From: Carcharhinus longimanus | Lineage: Eukaryota | NCBI GenBank assembly: GCA_030264375.1 | Contig: JASCQW010000156.1 | Coordinates: forward strand, 24,090,829 to 24,154,828 | Direction of reading: 5' to 3' | DNA length: 64,000 nucleotides | Shown: piece by piece, positions 11,191 to 22,830 of the stretch | Layout of the letters: the number at the start of each line of letters is the position of its first letter | Numbering within the stretch: position 1 is the first letter of the stretch | Translations under genes and position numbers: made by a program | Notes under the pieces: model-generated | The model's input: the letters and a program-made list of their open reading frames with translations, nothing else | What the model was told of the DNA's origin: nothing | Database searches by the model: none

Positions 11191-12519
11191 CAGCTAAATA
11201 CAGTTTGCACATTCTGCAAGATGTAAAGGAGTGCAGAGGAATAGTTAAGCACTGTCATTTACAAATCAGTTTTCTCGTGAGTAAGTTGATGGGAAGAATT
11301 TGATTTTGTTTTGTATCTTTTTTACTATATGCTATTGTAGCACCATTGTGCTATTTGCTTTAAGCAATGTCTGAATAACTGAACAAGTTCTAAATGCCAC
11401 CTTTTAAACCCTTCTGTCAACTGCAGGTATACTATCACAGGAGTGCTGTGTCGGATGATCAGATAAAACCTGTATTTGCATGATTGCATTCTCAAAAATA
11501 TATTTTGTTTTCTTATAGAGCAGCCCATGTGCCTTGGTTTTGGGAGTTTTACATGAATGGCTTTGTTGATAGCAGTATTGATGTAACAAGCTATCCTGTC
11601 TTTGATTTATATCTCAGTCTGAAACTGGTTGTTAGTTGGTGATTTCCCCTCCTAGAAGTGTGCGCATGTATGGACATGTGATAAAGGCATCATTGAACAG
11701 TGAGATAATTCTCCCAACACTGATCATCTCAGGAAGAATGGACACTTGACGCTAGTACTAAAAGGCAGCATGCATCCTTGAATCCCTGCCCATTCATGAA
11801 TTCCCCGGCCACCCCAACCACCCCCCCCCCCCCCAAAAAAAAAGCAATTCTATTATTTACCCTGTTGTCCTGATTTTAAAAAGTGGTGTGTTACGTTGAA
11901 ATGTTTTTGGGCTGGAAACCACAAGCAATGTGCGAGGCACGTATATGCAACAATAGTATGGTTGGATAGAGGACTGAGTAGTTTTGTGATCTCATGGGCC
12001 TCAGAATGAATATATTTGTGAGGAGCATTCGGAATGCTGCACAGTTCTGCGTATCATGTTCCAAAAAGCACTTATGATGCTGATTTGTTTTGATATGCAT
12101 TCAAAGTGGCGGACGCAATCTGCCATCACAGCATTGTTCGAAGTCAGCATACAGACACACCAGTGTAAACATATTACCTGTTAAGTAACGGGGTAACACA
12201 TTGTATTTCTTGTGTCAAATGCTGCAGGTTTTGAAATATTGCAGCTTGGTTCAGATTCACCTTTCAAGATTGAATCTGCATCTTCCAAAATTTCACAGTT
12301 CTTGCATGAGTGCCAAAAAAATTCATTCTTGATATTTAATGGCAGTGCTTTCCTTGGACTACCCTGTTGGGTGGTCTTTGATTTTAATTGTCTAGCTAGG
12401 ATTTGAGCTAATGTGGTTTGGTCCTGATGCTTAGTCCACTGATCATGGAAGGAGGAGACCAGAAACAAAATATAACAACCACCTCTGCTTCTCTTCAGAA
12501 AGCCAACATACACAAATGA

Positions 12520-12645
12520 TAAAAACAAATTACTGCGGATGCAACCAAAAAAGAAAATGCTGGAAAATCGCTGCAGGTCTGGCAGCATCTGCAAGGAGAG
12601 AAAAGAGCTGACATTTCGAGTTCAGATGACCTTTTGTCAAAGCGA
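12520..12645 (-). mobile_element. Penelope-like terminus fragment
   Basis: aaaatgctggaaaatcgctgcaggtctggcagcatctg...tttcgagttcagatgaccttttgtcaaagc; same family as 1945, 29390, 40305 and 61755. Confidence 0.6.
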
Positions 12646-12649
12646 ATGA

Positions 12650-13907
12650 CCTGCTCACTGATGTTCAGTTTGGATTCTGCCAGGGCCAGTCAACTTCTGA
12701 TCTCACTACAGCTTTGGTTCAAACATGTACAAAAGACCTTAACACCAGAGGTGAGGTGAGGGTGGCTGCTGATGATATCAAGGCAGCATTTGACCCACAT
12801 ATGGCATCAAGAAGCCCTAACAACAGTGGATTCAATAGGAATAGGTTCACTGATGATGGCACAATGTTCAGTGCTATTCATGACTCCTCAGATACTAATG
12901 CAGTTCATGTCCAAATGTAGCATAACCCGGACAGTATCCAGGCTTAGGCTGATGAGTGCAAGTAGCATTCATGTCAGAAATTACAGGCAATGAACATCTC
13001 CAACAAGAGAGAATCTAACCATCATCTCCTGACATTTAATGGCATTATTGCAGAACCCCTACAATCAATATTCTGGGGATTACCATTGACCAAAACCTGA
13101 ACTGGACTAGCCATATTAACACTTGNNNNNNNNNNNNNNNNNNNNNNNNNNNNNNNNNNNNNNNNNNNNNNNNNNNNNNNNNNNNNNNNNNNNNNNNNNN
13201 NNNNNNNNNNNNNNNNNNNNNNNNNCATTTAATGGCATTATTGCAGAACCCCTACAATCAATATTCTGGGGAGTACCATTGACCAAAACCTGAACTGGAC
13301 TAGCCATATTAACACTTGCTACAAGAGTAAGTCAAGGTCTAGGAATTCTGCAACAAATAACTCATCCCTGACTCGCCAATGTCTACCATCTAAAATGAAT
13401 AAGTCAGGAGTGTGATGCGATAGTCTGTACTGGCCTGGAGGAATGTAGCTCCAACAACATCCAAGAAGCTTGGCATCATCCAGGACAAAGCAACCTGCTT
13501 GATTGACACCCCATCCACAAACATTCACTCCTTCCACTACTGATGTAGAGTGACAGCAGTGTGTACCCTGTACAAGATGCACTGCAAGAACTCTACCAAC
13601 CTACTAAGCCAGCATCTTCCAAACCCATGGCCACAACCATCCAGAAGGACAAGGGCAGCAGACACAAGGGAACACCACCATTTAAAACTTCGCCTTCAAG
13701 CCAAACACCTTCCTGACTCGGAGATATATCACCATTTCTTCACTGTTGCTGGGGTAAAATCCTGGAATTCACTCCCTGACAGCATTGTGGGTATACCTAT
13801 ACCACATGATCTGGAATGGATCAAAAAGACAGCTCCAACCACTTTCTCGAGGGTAGTATGTGCAATAAATGCTGCTGTAGCCAGTGATGACCACGTCCCA
13901 AGAATGT
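12650..13907 (+). mobile_element. Decayed non-LTR retrotransposon (CR1-like, second family), RT remnants and 3' end
   Basis: Translated remnants EVRVAADDIKAAFD and FTDDGTMFS (RT motifs), then KSWNSLPDSIVG; 3' tail gcaataaatgctgctgtagccagtgatgaccacgtcccaagaatg. Confidence 0.75.
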
Positions 13908-14381
13908 GTTTTCTTTTTATTCTTCTAAATTTGGTTCCTGTTGCTGGTATCTTGGCGAAGCCAACAAATTTCACGCAGGCATTTTCAGCCACTCATGTTT
14001 CATGGAAGGTTAAGGCAGGGTTGTATGTCTCTCTGTTGCTGCTCATGTTGGTCTGCAACCAGCAGTAGGAAGTTCAAGAGTATATCAGTTTGGAAGTCTC
14101 TGCTTTCCATTTAATTTTTTCTCCAATTGGCATTTCACTGTATAGGAGATCATGAGTGTTAATACATATCTTATTGCTAAATTGACTGGTACATGGGACT
14201 GGTACATTTTGTTTCTGCTGTTTTAAACGGTTCTGCAAATTTGCCATCCCCTTCATTTTCTTGCCTCTCCATATTTTCCTCCACTTCTGAAAGTTTTAGT
14301 TTGCGCTGAACAGTGGCATTCAGAGTTCTCTGTTTCTTAAGCTTTGGCGTTGAATTTTGGCCGTTATTTAACCAGCGTCAA

Positions 14382-16880
14382 GGGCACAGTATAAATTAGG
14401 AAATATTGAGACCATGTAAGAAAAGTACATCAATAGTCAGGGATGATTTTAATGTGATTGTAGACTGGATTAATCAAATTGGCAAGGATCGCCTCAAGGG
14501 AGAGTTCATTGAATGTATTAGGGATTGTTTCTTGGAGCAATATGTTGTGGAACCTACTAGGGAGCAGGCTAGTCTGTGTTTGGTGTTGAGTAATGAGGAG
14601 AGATTAGTTAATGATCTCGTATTTAAGAATCCTTTAGGAAAGTGTGGTCACAGCGTGCTAGAATTTCGAATTCAGTTTGAGGGCAAGAAACAAGCCCCAC
14701 ACTAGCATTCTGGAATTAATCAAAGGTAATTTGTTTAAAAAAATTACTTTTTCAGATCTGGCCCAAGTAGATTGAGCAGGAAGACTAAAAGGTAGGACAG
14801 TTGATGATCAGTGGCAGTTGTTTAAGGAGATAGTTAATTCCTCCTAACCAAATATATTCCAGAGAAGAAGAAAGATTGTGAGAGGGGGAAGAAACATCCA
14901 TGGCTAAGCAAGAAAGTTAAAGATTACATAAAGACGAAAACCAAGGCATACCATATTGCAAAGGCCAGTGGCAGGCTGGAAGATTTGGGAAACTTTTAAG
15001 GATCGACAAAGGATTACTAAAAAACTAATAAAAAGAACAAAGGCAAATTATGAAAGAAAACTAACAATATAAAAATAGCAAAAGAAGAGAGTATCTAAAA
15101 CGAATGTTGGCCCTTTGGAGGATGAGACTGGGGGTTAATAGTGGGGAACACAGAAATGACAGAGATACTAAATGAGTATTTTGCTTCAGTTTTAAAGGAT
15201 ACTAGTATCATCCCCAGAGTAACATGTAACATTGAGATAATTGAAAGGAAAGAACTTGGAACAATCATCAATAGGGAAGAAGTACTGAAAAACTATTGGA
15301 ATTGAAGGCAGACAAGTGCCCGGGGCCTGATGGCCTTCATCCTAGAGTCTTAAAGGAAGTGACAGAGGGGATAATGAATCCATTGGTTATAATATTCCAA
15401 AATTCCCTGGATGCAGGAAAGGTTCAAATGGATGGGAAAAATGCTGATAAAACACCCTTATTCATAAAGGGAGGGAGATAGAAAGTAGGAAATTAACAGA
15501 CCAATTAATTTGACATCTGTTGGGAAATTGTTAGAATTCATTATTAAGGAAGTAATAGGACATTTGGAAAGTCAATGCAATTCATGAGAGTCAGGGTGGT
15601 TTTATGAAAGGTGAATTATGTTTGACTAATTTGCTAGAGTTCTTTGAAGATGTATCAAGCCAAAAGGATAATGGAGATCCTGTAGATGTGATATATCCCA
15701 GAAGGCATTTGATAAGGTACGGCACAGAAGGTTAATACACAAGGTAAGATCACAAGGAGTTAGGGGTAATTCATTAGCTTGGATAAAGGACTGGCTAACC
15801 AATAGAAAACAGAGTTGGGATAAATGGGTCTCTTTCTGGTTGGCAAGCCTGGAGTGAAACACTTTATCCTCAGACTAATGCCAAAATAGCAGATTGTTGG
15901 AGTCTATTCTCACTTCATAATATACCTTGGGGTTTATAATCTGGTATCCTAACACTTGGATGAGGGAAGTAACTGTACTATTGCCAAGTTTGCAGATGGC
16001 ACAAAAATAGGTAGGGAGGCAAATGGTGAGGATGATAGAGTCTGCAGAGGGATATAGACAGATTACATGAGTGGGACAAAAATCTGGCAGATTGAATATA
16101 ATGTGGGGAAATGTGAATATATGTACTTTGGTAGGAAGAATAAAGGAGCTGAATATTACTTAAATAGAGAAAGACTGCAGGAAGTTGCAAGCACAGAGGG
16201 ATTTTGGGCCCTTGTGTATAAATTACAAAAAGCTAGCACGCAACTTCAGCAGGTAATGTGGAAAGGCAAGTGGAATTTTCTTTATTTCAAAGGGAATGGA
16301 GTATAGAAAAATGGAAGTCTTGCTAAAACTATACAAGGTACTAGATAGACCACAGTTGAAATATTGTGAACAGTTTTAGTCCTCTTATTTAAGGAAAGTT
16401 GTACTAGCATTGGAAGCAGTCCAGAGAAGGTTCACTAGGTTGATCCTAGGTATCGAGGAATTTTCTTACAAGGAGAGGTTGAGAGGTTGAGCCTGCTCTC
16501 ATTGGAGTTTAGAAGAATGAGAGGCGACCTTATTGAGACAGATGGGATTCTCAGGGGGCTTGACAGGATAGATGCTTGTGGGAGACTCTAGAATCTGAGG
16601 ATGTAATCTCAGAGAAAAGCGTGCCCTTTTAAGATTGGGATGAGGAGGAATTTCTTCTCCAAGGGTAGTGAATCTGTGGAATTCTTTACTGCAGAGTGCT
16701 GTAGAGGCTGGGTTATTATATATGTTCAAGGCTGAGGTAGATTGCTAATCAGTAAGGGAATTGAGGGTTATGGGGATAAGGTGGAAAAGTGGAGTTGAGG
16801 ATTATCAAATTATTCAAATGATTGGTAGAGCTGACTTGATGGGCTGAATGGCCTATTTCTGCTCCTACATCTTGTGGTCC
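14382..16880 (+). mobile_element. Decayed CR1-clade LINE ORF2 (endonuclease + RT) with 3' UTR
   Basis: Frameshifted remnants DFNVIVDW..EFIECIRDCFLEQYVVEPTREQA, LKADKCPGPDGLHPRVLKEV, KFADGTK and WQIEYNVGKCEYMYFGRKN, ending in a CR1 tail. Confidence 0.9.
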
Positions 16881-18691
16881 AATTAGAGAAAGCCAGCATC
16901 TGCCTAAGTATTGAAAGAAAAGATGCCATTTTTGTCAAGTTGCAAGCATTAGTTTAGTTTGTCTGTGCTGAATCAGCTTTCTATCTTAGTGCCTGTGTGC
17001 AATGATAAGGGATTAGCAGCAGAAAACCTTGTTGTTCAGGGCCATCCAACTGATTGATATAGTGTCACCATGGACCAGTATCCTGGCACACAATTGAGCA
17101 TCATCCATGGTGACCTGATGCAGCATCCACACGTAGTTTCCAGTTGAAGTTGCTGGATAGCGACCTGAAATCCCAGTCTCCCGCCTCGCCAAAGCCTAAA
17201 GCTAAATCTGGTTGTTTAATTTAAAACATCGAGGTTTATTCCTGTATTACACATATTGACTTTCCTGTACTATATTAAACATTACAATTCACTAATTAAT
17301 CATCTTGAATTGTTGGCATTGGACTTAAGTCACCTGCTCTACTTGTGAAAAAATAGCCTGTCGTGATTCCTATATCAGTATTTGTCTGCTCAATGATTCT
17401 TCAGAGCACTAGGGTTGCACATTTGTCCAAAGTTTTCATAAATACCACTCCACTTGAAGGAGCTTTGAAATTATCTATAAAAGACCCAACCTGCATTATT
17501 ATTCCAGGTTATTGGTTCATATCTAGCACAGTGTAAAAATGGTAGATTCAAAATCACCTCGACTAAGTCTACCAGTGGAATACTTAGGAATTGGTTAAAA
17601 GGAAGGCTTTTTTTGGCCTTGTACTAGCCCCAGTAATTCTCAATGGTAGATAGGCAGTACTAGAATGGTGGCTTACAGCTTGGCTCGGGCATAGTTGAAT
17701 CCCATGCTACTTCAAATGGATTGGTGCTCCTGAGAGTGTGAGACGCATCCTTGGATGGTTTTGTCAGTTTGGCTTTATGGACATTGAAATAATGGAAATT
17801 TCTCAACATTATTCTCATGATTATCTGGGAATATGTAATTGGAATGCTTGTGGTGACCGTTTTTGCCCTGTCGGGATCTTGAAGTTAAATTGCAGCTTTT
17901 TTTGTAAGCTCCCAAGCTAGTGTTATCCTGTTTCAAAATGTTTCTTCTCACTTTGCTGCACTGCAAAACTGATGGGAAACCAGCTGGAAATAATCTAAAT
18001 TTACCAGTTAAAAGTCATTTTAATTAATTGGCACGTTGTAATGTTGTCATTGAGGTTAATTATAACAAAACTTAAATATGTGCTGGGTTTTGGCTAGAAA
18101 TGTATTCGATTTCATTTTAACAGCATTAATGTAGCAAACAAACCCAAATGTTTCAAACTTCATTGCATGCTTGTGTCATTCTCCTCCCAGACATCTGAAA
18201 CCTCCAGTATACTGAGATAATTTCCTTTGGCTCACAGTGGGAAAATTAGGCATGCTTGGATGTATGTATTAAATTGGATTCATGTTTAAAAGACAGACAA
18301 TGTTAATACCAGTGCTTGTAAAATTTTAGTTTTCTACAGTATGCCTTTCCAGAGAACAGGGCCCAAGGGNNNNNNNNNNNNNNNNNNNNNNNNNNNNNNN
18401 NNNNNNNNNNNNNNNNNNNNNNNNNNNNNNNNNNNNNNNNNNNNNNNNNNNNNNNNNNNNNNNNNNNNNNNNNNNNNNNNNNNNNNNNNNNNNNNNNNNN
18501 NNNNNNNNNNNNNNNNNNNNNNNNNNNNNNNNNNNNNNNNNNNNNNNNNNNNNNNNNNNNNNNNNNNNNNNNNNNNNNNNNNNNNNNNNNNNNNNNNNNN
18601 NNNNNNNNNNNNNNNNNNNNNNNNNNNNNNNNNNNNNNNNNNNNNNNNNNNNNNNNNNNNNNNNNNNNNNNNNNNNNNNNNNNNNNNNNNN

Positions 18692-18830
18692 GGATTAAGG
18701 GTTATGGGGAGAGGGCGGGAATGTGGAACTGAGCCACGACAGATCAGCCATGATCTTATTGAATGGTGCAGCAGGCTCGAAGGGCCAGATGGCCTAGTCC
18801 TGCTCCTATTTCTTATGTTCTTATGTTCTT
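18692..18830 (+). mobile_element. CR1 LINE 3' tail
   Basis: gatcagccatgatcttattgaatggtgcagcaggctcgaagggccagatggcctagtcctgctcctatttcttatgttcttatgttct. Confidence 0.8.
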
Positions 18831-19074
18831 TAGTGTCTGTAAATTCATTGCCAAAGTTTGTGGCGTGGATTGGGATTGGAGGTTTGTTTTACCTGTTGTG
18901 AAGAGTTGCTTATCCTCAGCCCAGTTGTATAAATCCTCACCTTTTGTCTCAGCATTGAGTGCCTACTTTATGGATTTTACATGGTTTATTGCACACACAC
19001 AACACTTTTCATTGCTAGTCTGCCGTTTCATTTTCTATTCAAATACTGTAACTTTTGTTTTTGTTTATGCTCAG

Positions 19075-19208
19075 CAGGGCACCATGCAGGAATGAACCAG
19101 CAGCACATGATGTCACCTTCCAGCTTCCAAATGCACAGACCGATGTCTCAACACCACAACCCTGCAGATGACATCCAGGACGATTTCGACTGGGATTCCA
19201 TTGTCTAA
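19075..19208 (+). CDS. FOXJ3: Forkhead box protein J3, terminal coding exon
   Basis: Polypyrimidine tract followed by a tandem cagcag acceptor (exon starts at 19075 or 19078). Encodes (A)[43 protein letters not shown]. The C-terminus [13 protein letters not shown] is characteristic of FOXJ3. Confidence 0.96.
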
Positions 19209-22200
19209 CTTTCCTTCCTAAGGACAAGCCTGTCGGAAGCCCTTTCTGTCAGTGTGACTCAGATGTTCTTTTAGCTTCTTGCTTACTTGTGTCGGCCGAT
19301 GCTGGCCACAATCGCTGGACTGCTGCCTGGACACAGCCCCACCGTGACTGTGCTAGAGAGCTGAACTTTCGGGGGGGGGAAAACACGCCTTCTGCTTGCA
19401 GTCACTACAGAAATGTGGAGTTACCCGTCGGCCGCTCAGCGGTGGAGCAGTGGTAACAAGCAATGAAGCATTTTCTAATTCTGAACAGAATTTTCTTTTG
19501 TTTTTGTTTCTTTTTTAAAACCGAAGGGACGTGTTGAGGGTTGGCATCTGAGCAATGCTCATCCAAAGTGACGTGGCTTGACTACAATCTGAGGTTGCAT
19601 AAGATGGTACTATTCAGTGCAGAGTTTCTTTCCTGTGGGTGGCTCCATTTGGGGGTACGCCCTGATAGGAGGGAACAAACACGAATAGGGATCAAGGAAG
19701 CTGGCTTCTCGATGGCCTTTCCTGGAGTAGGCCAGGAATGCAGTCATGAGCTGGCAGGGAAATCTTTTACAAAGTGAATTTCTTTTGAGAGAATTTTGTC
19801 TATATATGGTGCTGCAAAAAAACCTCAAGTTTGTGTTGAAAATCCAGTTGCTGTAACAGGATTAGTATTGGAGTCAATACTAGGGTACCTGGGGGAAAGT
19901 TTTCTACCGCTCCAAAGATTGCATTGCTACAGCTTGCGTTAACTTTGGAATCCCCGGCTTTTGTGCACACAACACCAGCTTCCAAGTCTGAACTGTTGGG
20001 AATCTTCCCAGAAATCCTGCCAGAACGCTTGTTAATAAAGCTACTACATCTCAAGAAGTAGCACTATATTTGGGGTTTGCAAGTATCATGTACCAAGTGT
20101 TGACGTGGTATTGGTTAGTACCCCTGAGGTAAATGTAGTTTGGTGATGAGAAAAGCAGTCTGTCTCTCTCATTGAGTGGTAGTGGATGTAATCGAGAGAA
20201 ATCTCCCAAACCAAACATTAAGCAAGTTCTGCTGAGTTTGTGGTCTCCCAAGTTGCACACATGCTAAAATGCAAGGGAATGGAACACAGACTGCAGAACA
20301 TGAGAGTGGTGAGATATTGTAAAATGTTGACCATTACCTTTTGCTTAACCAAAAGTTATGTGATCACGGGAGGAGCTAATCTGGTTACTGCCTTTCTCTC
20401 TCCTGCTAGCCATGGTGAAAAAGGCCGCAATGCGACATATCCCTTCGAGGGATGCTGCAGAGGAAGCATGTTAACCAATGCTGCATTTGTCAGCTATGCA
20501 TGTTTAGTGATGGATAAATGAGAGTTCATTATAGAAATCCCAGTCTGCTTTTAATACTTGTGTTGCATCTTTTTTCACTTTTTTTTGATTTTTTAAAAAA
20601 AATTAATTGGCATTGAGTGGGGTTTTTGAATATGCACTTTCTGGAGCAGTGCCTACTTGATTATTCCCGCTCTTTTAAAAAAAACATTTATTCACTCCTT
20701 CAGTAGTGGTTTCAGATTGCTGATATATGTGGATGCACCACCTTTTTCAGTGTTTACAATTTAAATTGTGATTCGCGTAAAACCTCTGCTTGTAATACAA
20801 ACGGGGCTCTAAATACCCCTTAATGAGTCATTGGAGGGTCCTTCCTAAAAGAACACTTGTTTTTACTGATGCACGGTGTCCTCTTCCAATTTATCTTTCC
20901 TTCCTGTTACCTCATTTGCATTTGGGATTCAAGTTAAGTCAGTGGTTCAGTATGTTTTTACTAGCTGTCACTAGATGCTCTGGGATATTCTTGTGGCTGT
21001 CCAGTAACAGAAATCAGACACTGCAAGATTTTAACTTAATAAATCTCCACATATCCAACGAGTTGGAGACCTGCAGTTCACAAATACTTGTACAGTGAAG
21101 ATCTGACCACTAAATTTTAGGCCACTATCACTGAATGTAACAATTTTTTGCCCTAACTCAAAAATGTCAGATTGCACGCCTTTTCACGTATATTGCGGAG
21201 CAAGGATTTAACTTGAGCCGTGAATGTTTCCTTCAATCTTAAAGTTCTCCTTTATAAGACTCCATGGAACTGAAGCTGAAAAAGAAATTGTAGCATTTAA
21301 TAGCACTTTCCAAGTTTAAAATTATGAATTCTGAACAATCTTTGCAGCTGTGGCCTAACAAAGAAAGGGCTGCAGCTGAATTATCCCCCACAGTAAAATA
21401 AACCATGAGGTTATTTGTGCTGCTCAATCTAAGGGAGTTGTCAGGGTGCTGATTTTTGATTTTGTGTGCTTTCTTGCTATTTCTGTACTCTGTCTTGTTC
21501 TGTTTCCTAAGCCTCTTATTTAAAATTGTTTCAGTATTCTCTGTGTCTCTCTTGTTTCTTCTTTCTTGAGAACAATTTGTGGCTCCTGGTTTGTTGTACA
21601 GGGCAGTTCTGCAAACATGTCTTTTGGCTCTTGATTCAACTTCACCAGCATTCGCCCGCTGCTTTTCATCTTCATTCTTTCAATCCCATACCAGTGGCAA
21701 GGAAGAGAGGGCTTTTACAAAGAGGAACGTTACTGTACAACCCGAGGATCAGGCAAGGGATTTTTATCTGAGTAACCCTCTTGCTGGTGTTAACCGATCA
21801 GTGTGGAGGGGAGGGGGATGCATTGTTCTGTGTGACAATCTGTAAGTGAAATGAACACAGAAGTTTTTGAAATCAGTAAAGGCTTTTATGACTGCTAACT
21901 AACCATAGTTTGCTGTCCAGATTCCTATCTTGTAGAGGTCAGGAATGTGTCAGAGTTATATAATCAAGCTTCATCAGTTATGATTGCTTAAAGGCCTAAC
22001 CCCTCCCCATGTGGCTGCTAGATTAGCAGAAAGATCACCAGAAACTAGAATGCCAGATAGGAACAGCAAATGCGTCAGAATCTGAAAGTGAAAAAATAGG
22101 TTAAGCTCCAATCTTTTACCAGCTCCCTGATAGAGACTCTCATCTCACTCTAAAACTGATCTTATCCTGAAGAATTATCCACTCAGCCTGTCCTTCTGCT

Positions 22201-22530
22201 CCATGTGCTGACCCTTCGCTGTGCAGTTCAGACATCAGTGCTCTTTACTTAATTCTTGTCATGAAGTAAGCCAAGCAGTTTGATCATTAATCAAAGATGC
22301 GGAATAAATTAATTTCCGTGAACTCATGCAGCACTGTGGACTAGTTGGTTTATCTTTAGTTGTGGGCTGGACTGCTTCTGAAAATGCTGACAATTAAAAT
22401 ACAGTTCCACTGCCACAGCAGCCCTTTAGAATGTTGTCAAACTGGGTACCACCTCTGAAGTAAGGCACTGAGATTTGGCAGGCTATCTATCGAGAGGGTC
22501 ATCAGAACTGACCCTGATATCACCTCTCAA

Positions 22531-22634
22531 TGGGTGGGATTTTCCGGCTGCGCTTGCCCGAGGTCAGCAGACCTTTGCGTGGTCCTGTCCTGCCTGCTAC
22601 AATTCTCTGAAGGGCGGGACAGGAAAATTCTGCC
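22531..22634. mobile_element. Short MITE with GGGTGGGATTTTCC / GGAAAATTCTGCC termini
   Basis: Imperfect terminal inverted repeats; the body is the reverse complement of the elements at 41955 and 48023. Confidence 0.55.
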
Positions 22635-22639
22635 TACTG

Positions 22640-22830
22640 ACACTGCACGCATGCACTCAATCTCTCCATGCTCACACTCTCACTCACACTGCCACGGTCA
22701 CTCTCTCATTCTCTCACTCTCTCGCATATGCACACACTCACTCGCTCTCCCACACTCTCGCTTTTACACTAGCATGCTCACAAACACTCTCACACTCTCT
22801 AGTACTCCCCCTCTCTCGCACACACACTTT
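22640..22830 (+). repeat. CA/CT-rich low-complexity tract
   Basis: cacactctcactcacact...ctctcgcacacaca degenerate dinucleotide repeat. Confidence 0.8.

Noticed and set aside
13035-13318. About 90-bp direct duplication on either side of a 100-N gap (similar cases at 24191/24301, 25580/25712 and 50036/50167)
   Set aside because: Near-identical sequence flanking fixed-size gaps is the signature of unmerged contig overlaps, not biology.
13550-14068. 172-aa ORF, and the 191-aa ORF at 54857-55432
   Set aside because: Both are frames over decayed LINE sequence, not host genes.
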